From Candidatus Levyibacteriota bacterium (GTDB lineage Bacteria > Patescibacteriota > Microgenomatia > Levybacterales > UBA12049), in NCBI GenBank assembly GCA_027459725.1, contig DAIDHK010000005.1, positions 17,612 to 81,611 on the forward strand: a DNA stretch of 64,000 nt, written 5' to 3'. The position numbers and the translations under genes were made by a program. Positions 63,469-64,000 of the stretch are shown here, one piece after another (the stretch's first letter is position 1; every line of letters starts with the position of its first letter). The notes under the pieces are model-generated. The model did no database searches, was not told the DNA's origin, and saw only the letters and a list, made by a program, of their open reading frames with translations.

Positions 63469-63909
63469 ATGTATATAATGCATAAATCATTTTATGTAAG
63501 CGGATTTTTATACCATCAACCTTCTCAACAAATTCTCTTGCAACAAATTTCCTCTTTACAAAATCATTTATCGCAATGGTTTTTATTTGGAGAATCATAT
63601 AAACAGGGAGCTTACGCTGAGAAAATATTTCAAAATATAATTTATCAACAACTAGGACTGGAGATTAAAAATATAAACTCGGTATATTCTTATGAAAATG
63701 ATAATGCAAATTATAGTATTTTTTATTCAGAAATAAAAAAATTATCTGATTTTCCTGGCAAAAATGATCGTATATTTCAGTGGTTATCTTTTAAAAATAT
63801 CCCCAAATTGCATATTTCAGCTCAAACCAAACATGATATTGTCATAGCACAACGTGTAATAGATTCTATTAATAGAAAAAATACAATAAACCAGACAAAC
63901 CCGGAATAA
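63469..63909 (+). CDS. Hypothetical protein (weak Nudix-like pattern)
   Basis: 146 aa. GESYKQGAYAEKIFQNIIYQQLGL only loosely resembles a Nudix box. Confidence 0.3.
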   Translation: MYIMHKSFYVSGFLYHQPSQQILLQQISSLQNHLSQWFLFGESYKQGAYAEKIFQNIIYQQLGLEIKNINSVYSYENDNANYSIFYSEIKKLSDFPGKNDRIFQWLSFKNIPKLHISAQTKHDIVIAQRVIDSINRKNTINQTNPE

Positions 63910-64000
63910 AAAATATCTACTGTTTACTCAACAAAAGTAAGCGCTTTACCTCTTTTGCCCGCTCTTCCTGTTCTCCCAATTCTATGAATATAATCTTCAT

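Overview
Low-GC (about 35-40%) bacterial chromosomal window, densely coded on both strands, with a housekeeping backbone broken up by glycan and cell-envelope accessory cassettes. The DUF-rich gene content (DUF5679, DUF378, DUF3048, DUF4446, DUF1800/DUF1501) suggests a reduced-genome, possibly Patescibacteria-like organism; this is inference only. All calls rest on motifs read by eye from the supplied ORF translations, with no database search.

Backbone features:
- A sensor histidine kinase at the left edge.
- An F-type ATP synthase operon (b, delta, alpha, gamma, beta, epsilon). It lacks an a-subunit gene and has an odd c-subunit-like first gene.
- gltX, a class IIb Asp/Asn-tRNA synthetase, recJ, a CCA-adding enzyme, secDF, an ABC-2 transporter, a YqeY homolog, a Ham1-type NTP pyrophosphatase, and a D-Ala-D-Ala carboxypeptidase.
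- A lipid-related run: NUDIX hydrolase, DgkA and a PAP2-like phosphatase, plus a separate DAGK_cat lipid kinase.

Accessory content:
- Two adjacent multi-module GH130 glycoside phosphorylase genes.
- Two paralogous cassettes, each a processive GT2 cellulose-synthase-like glycosyltransferase (QxxRW-type) paired with a GH26-like hydrolase. One copy sits in a compositionally distinct segment of about 53% GC and about 2.9 kb.
- A DUF1800-DUF1501 fusion protein.
- A 1523-aa repeat-containing surface protein.
- A secreted FMN-binding protein next to a membrane FNR-like flavoprotein.
- An O-antigen-ligase/TPR membrane protein.
- A DUF5679 zinc-ribbon micro-gene with a degraded second copy.
- A frameshifted NUDIX gene.
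- A decayed DDE transposase at the right end.

No rRNA, tRNA or CRISPR array was recognised.
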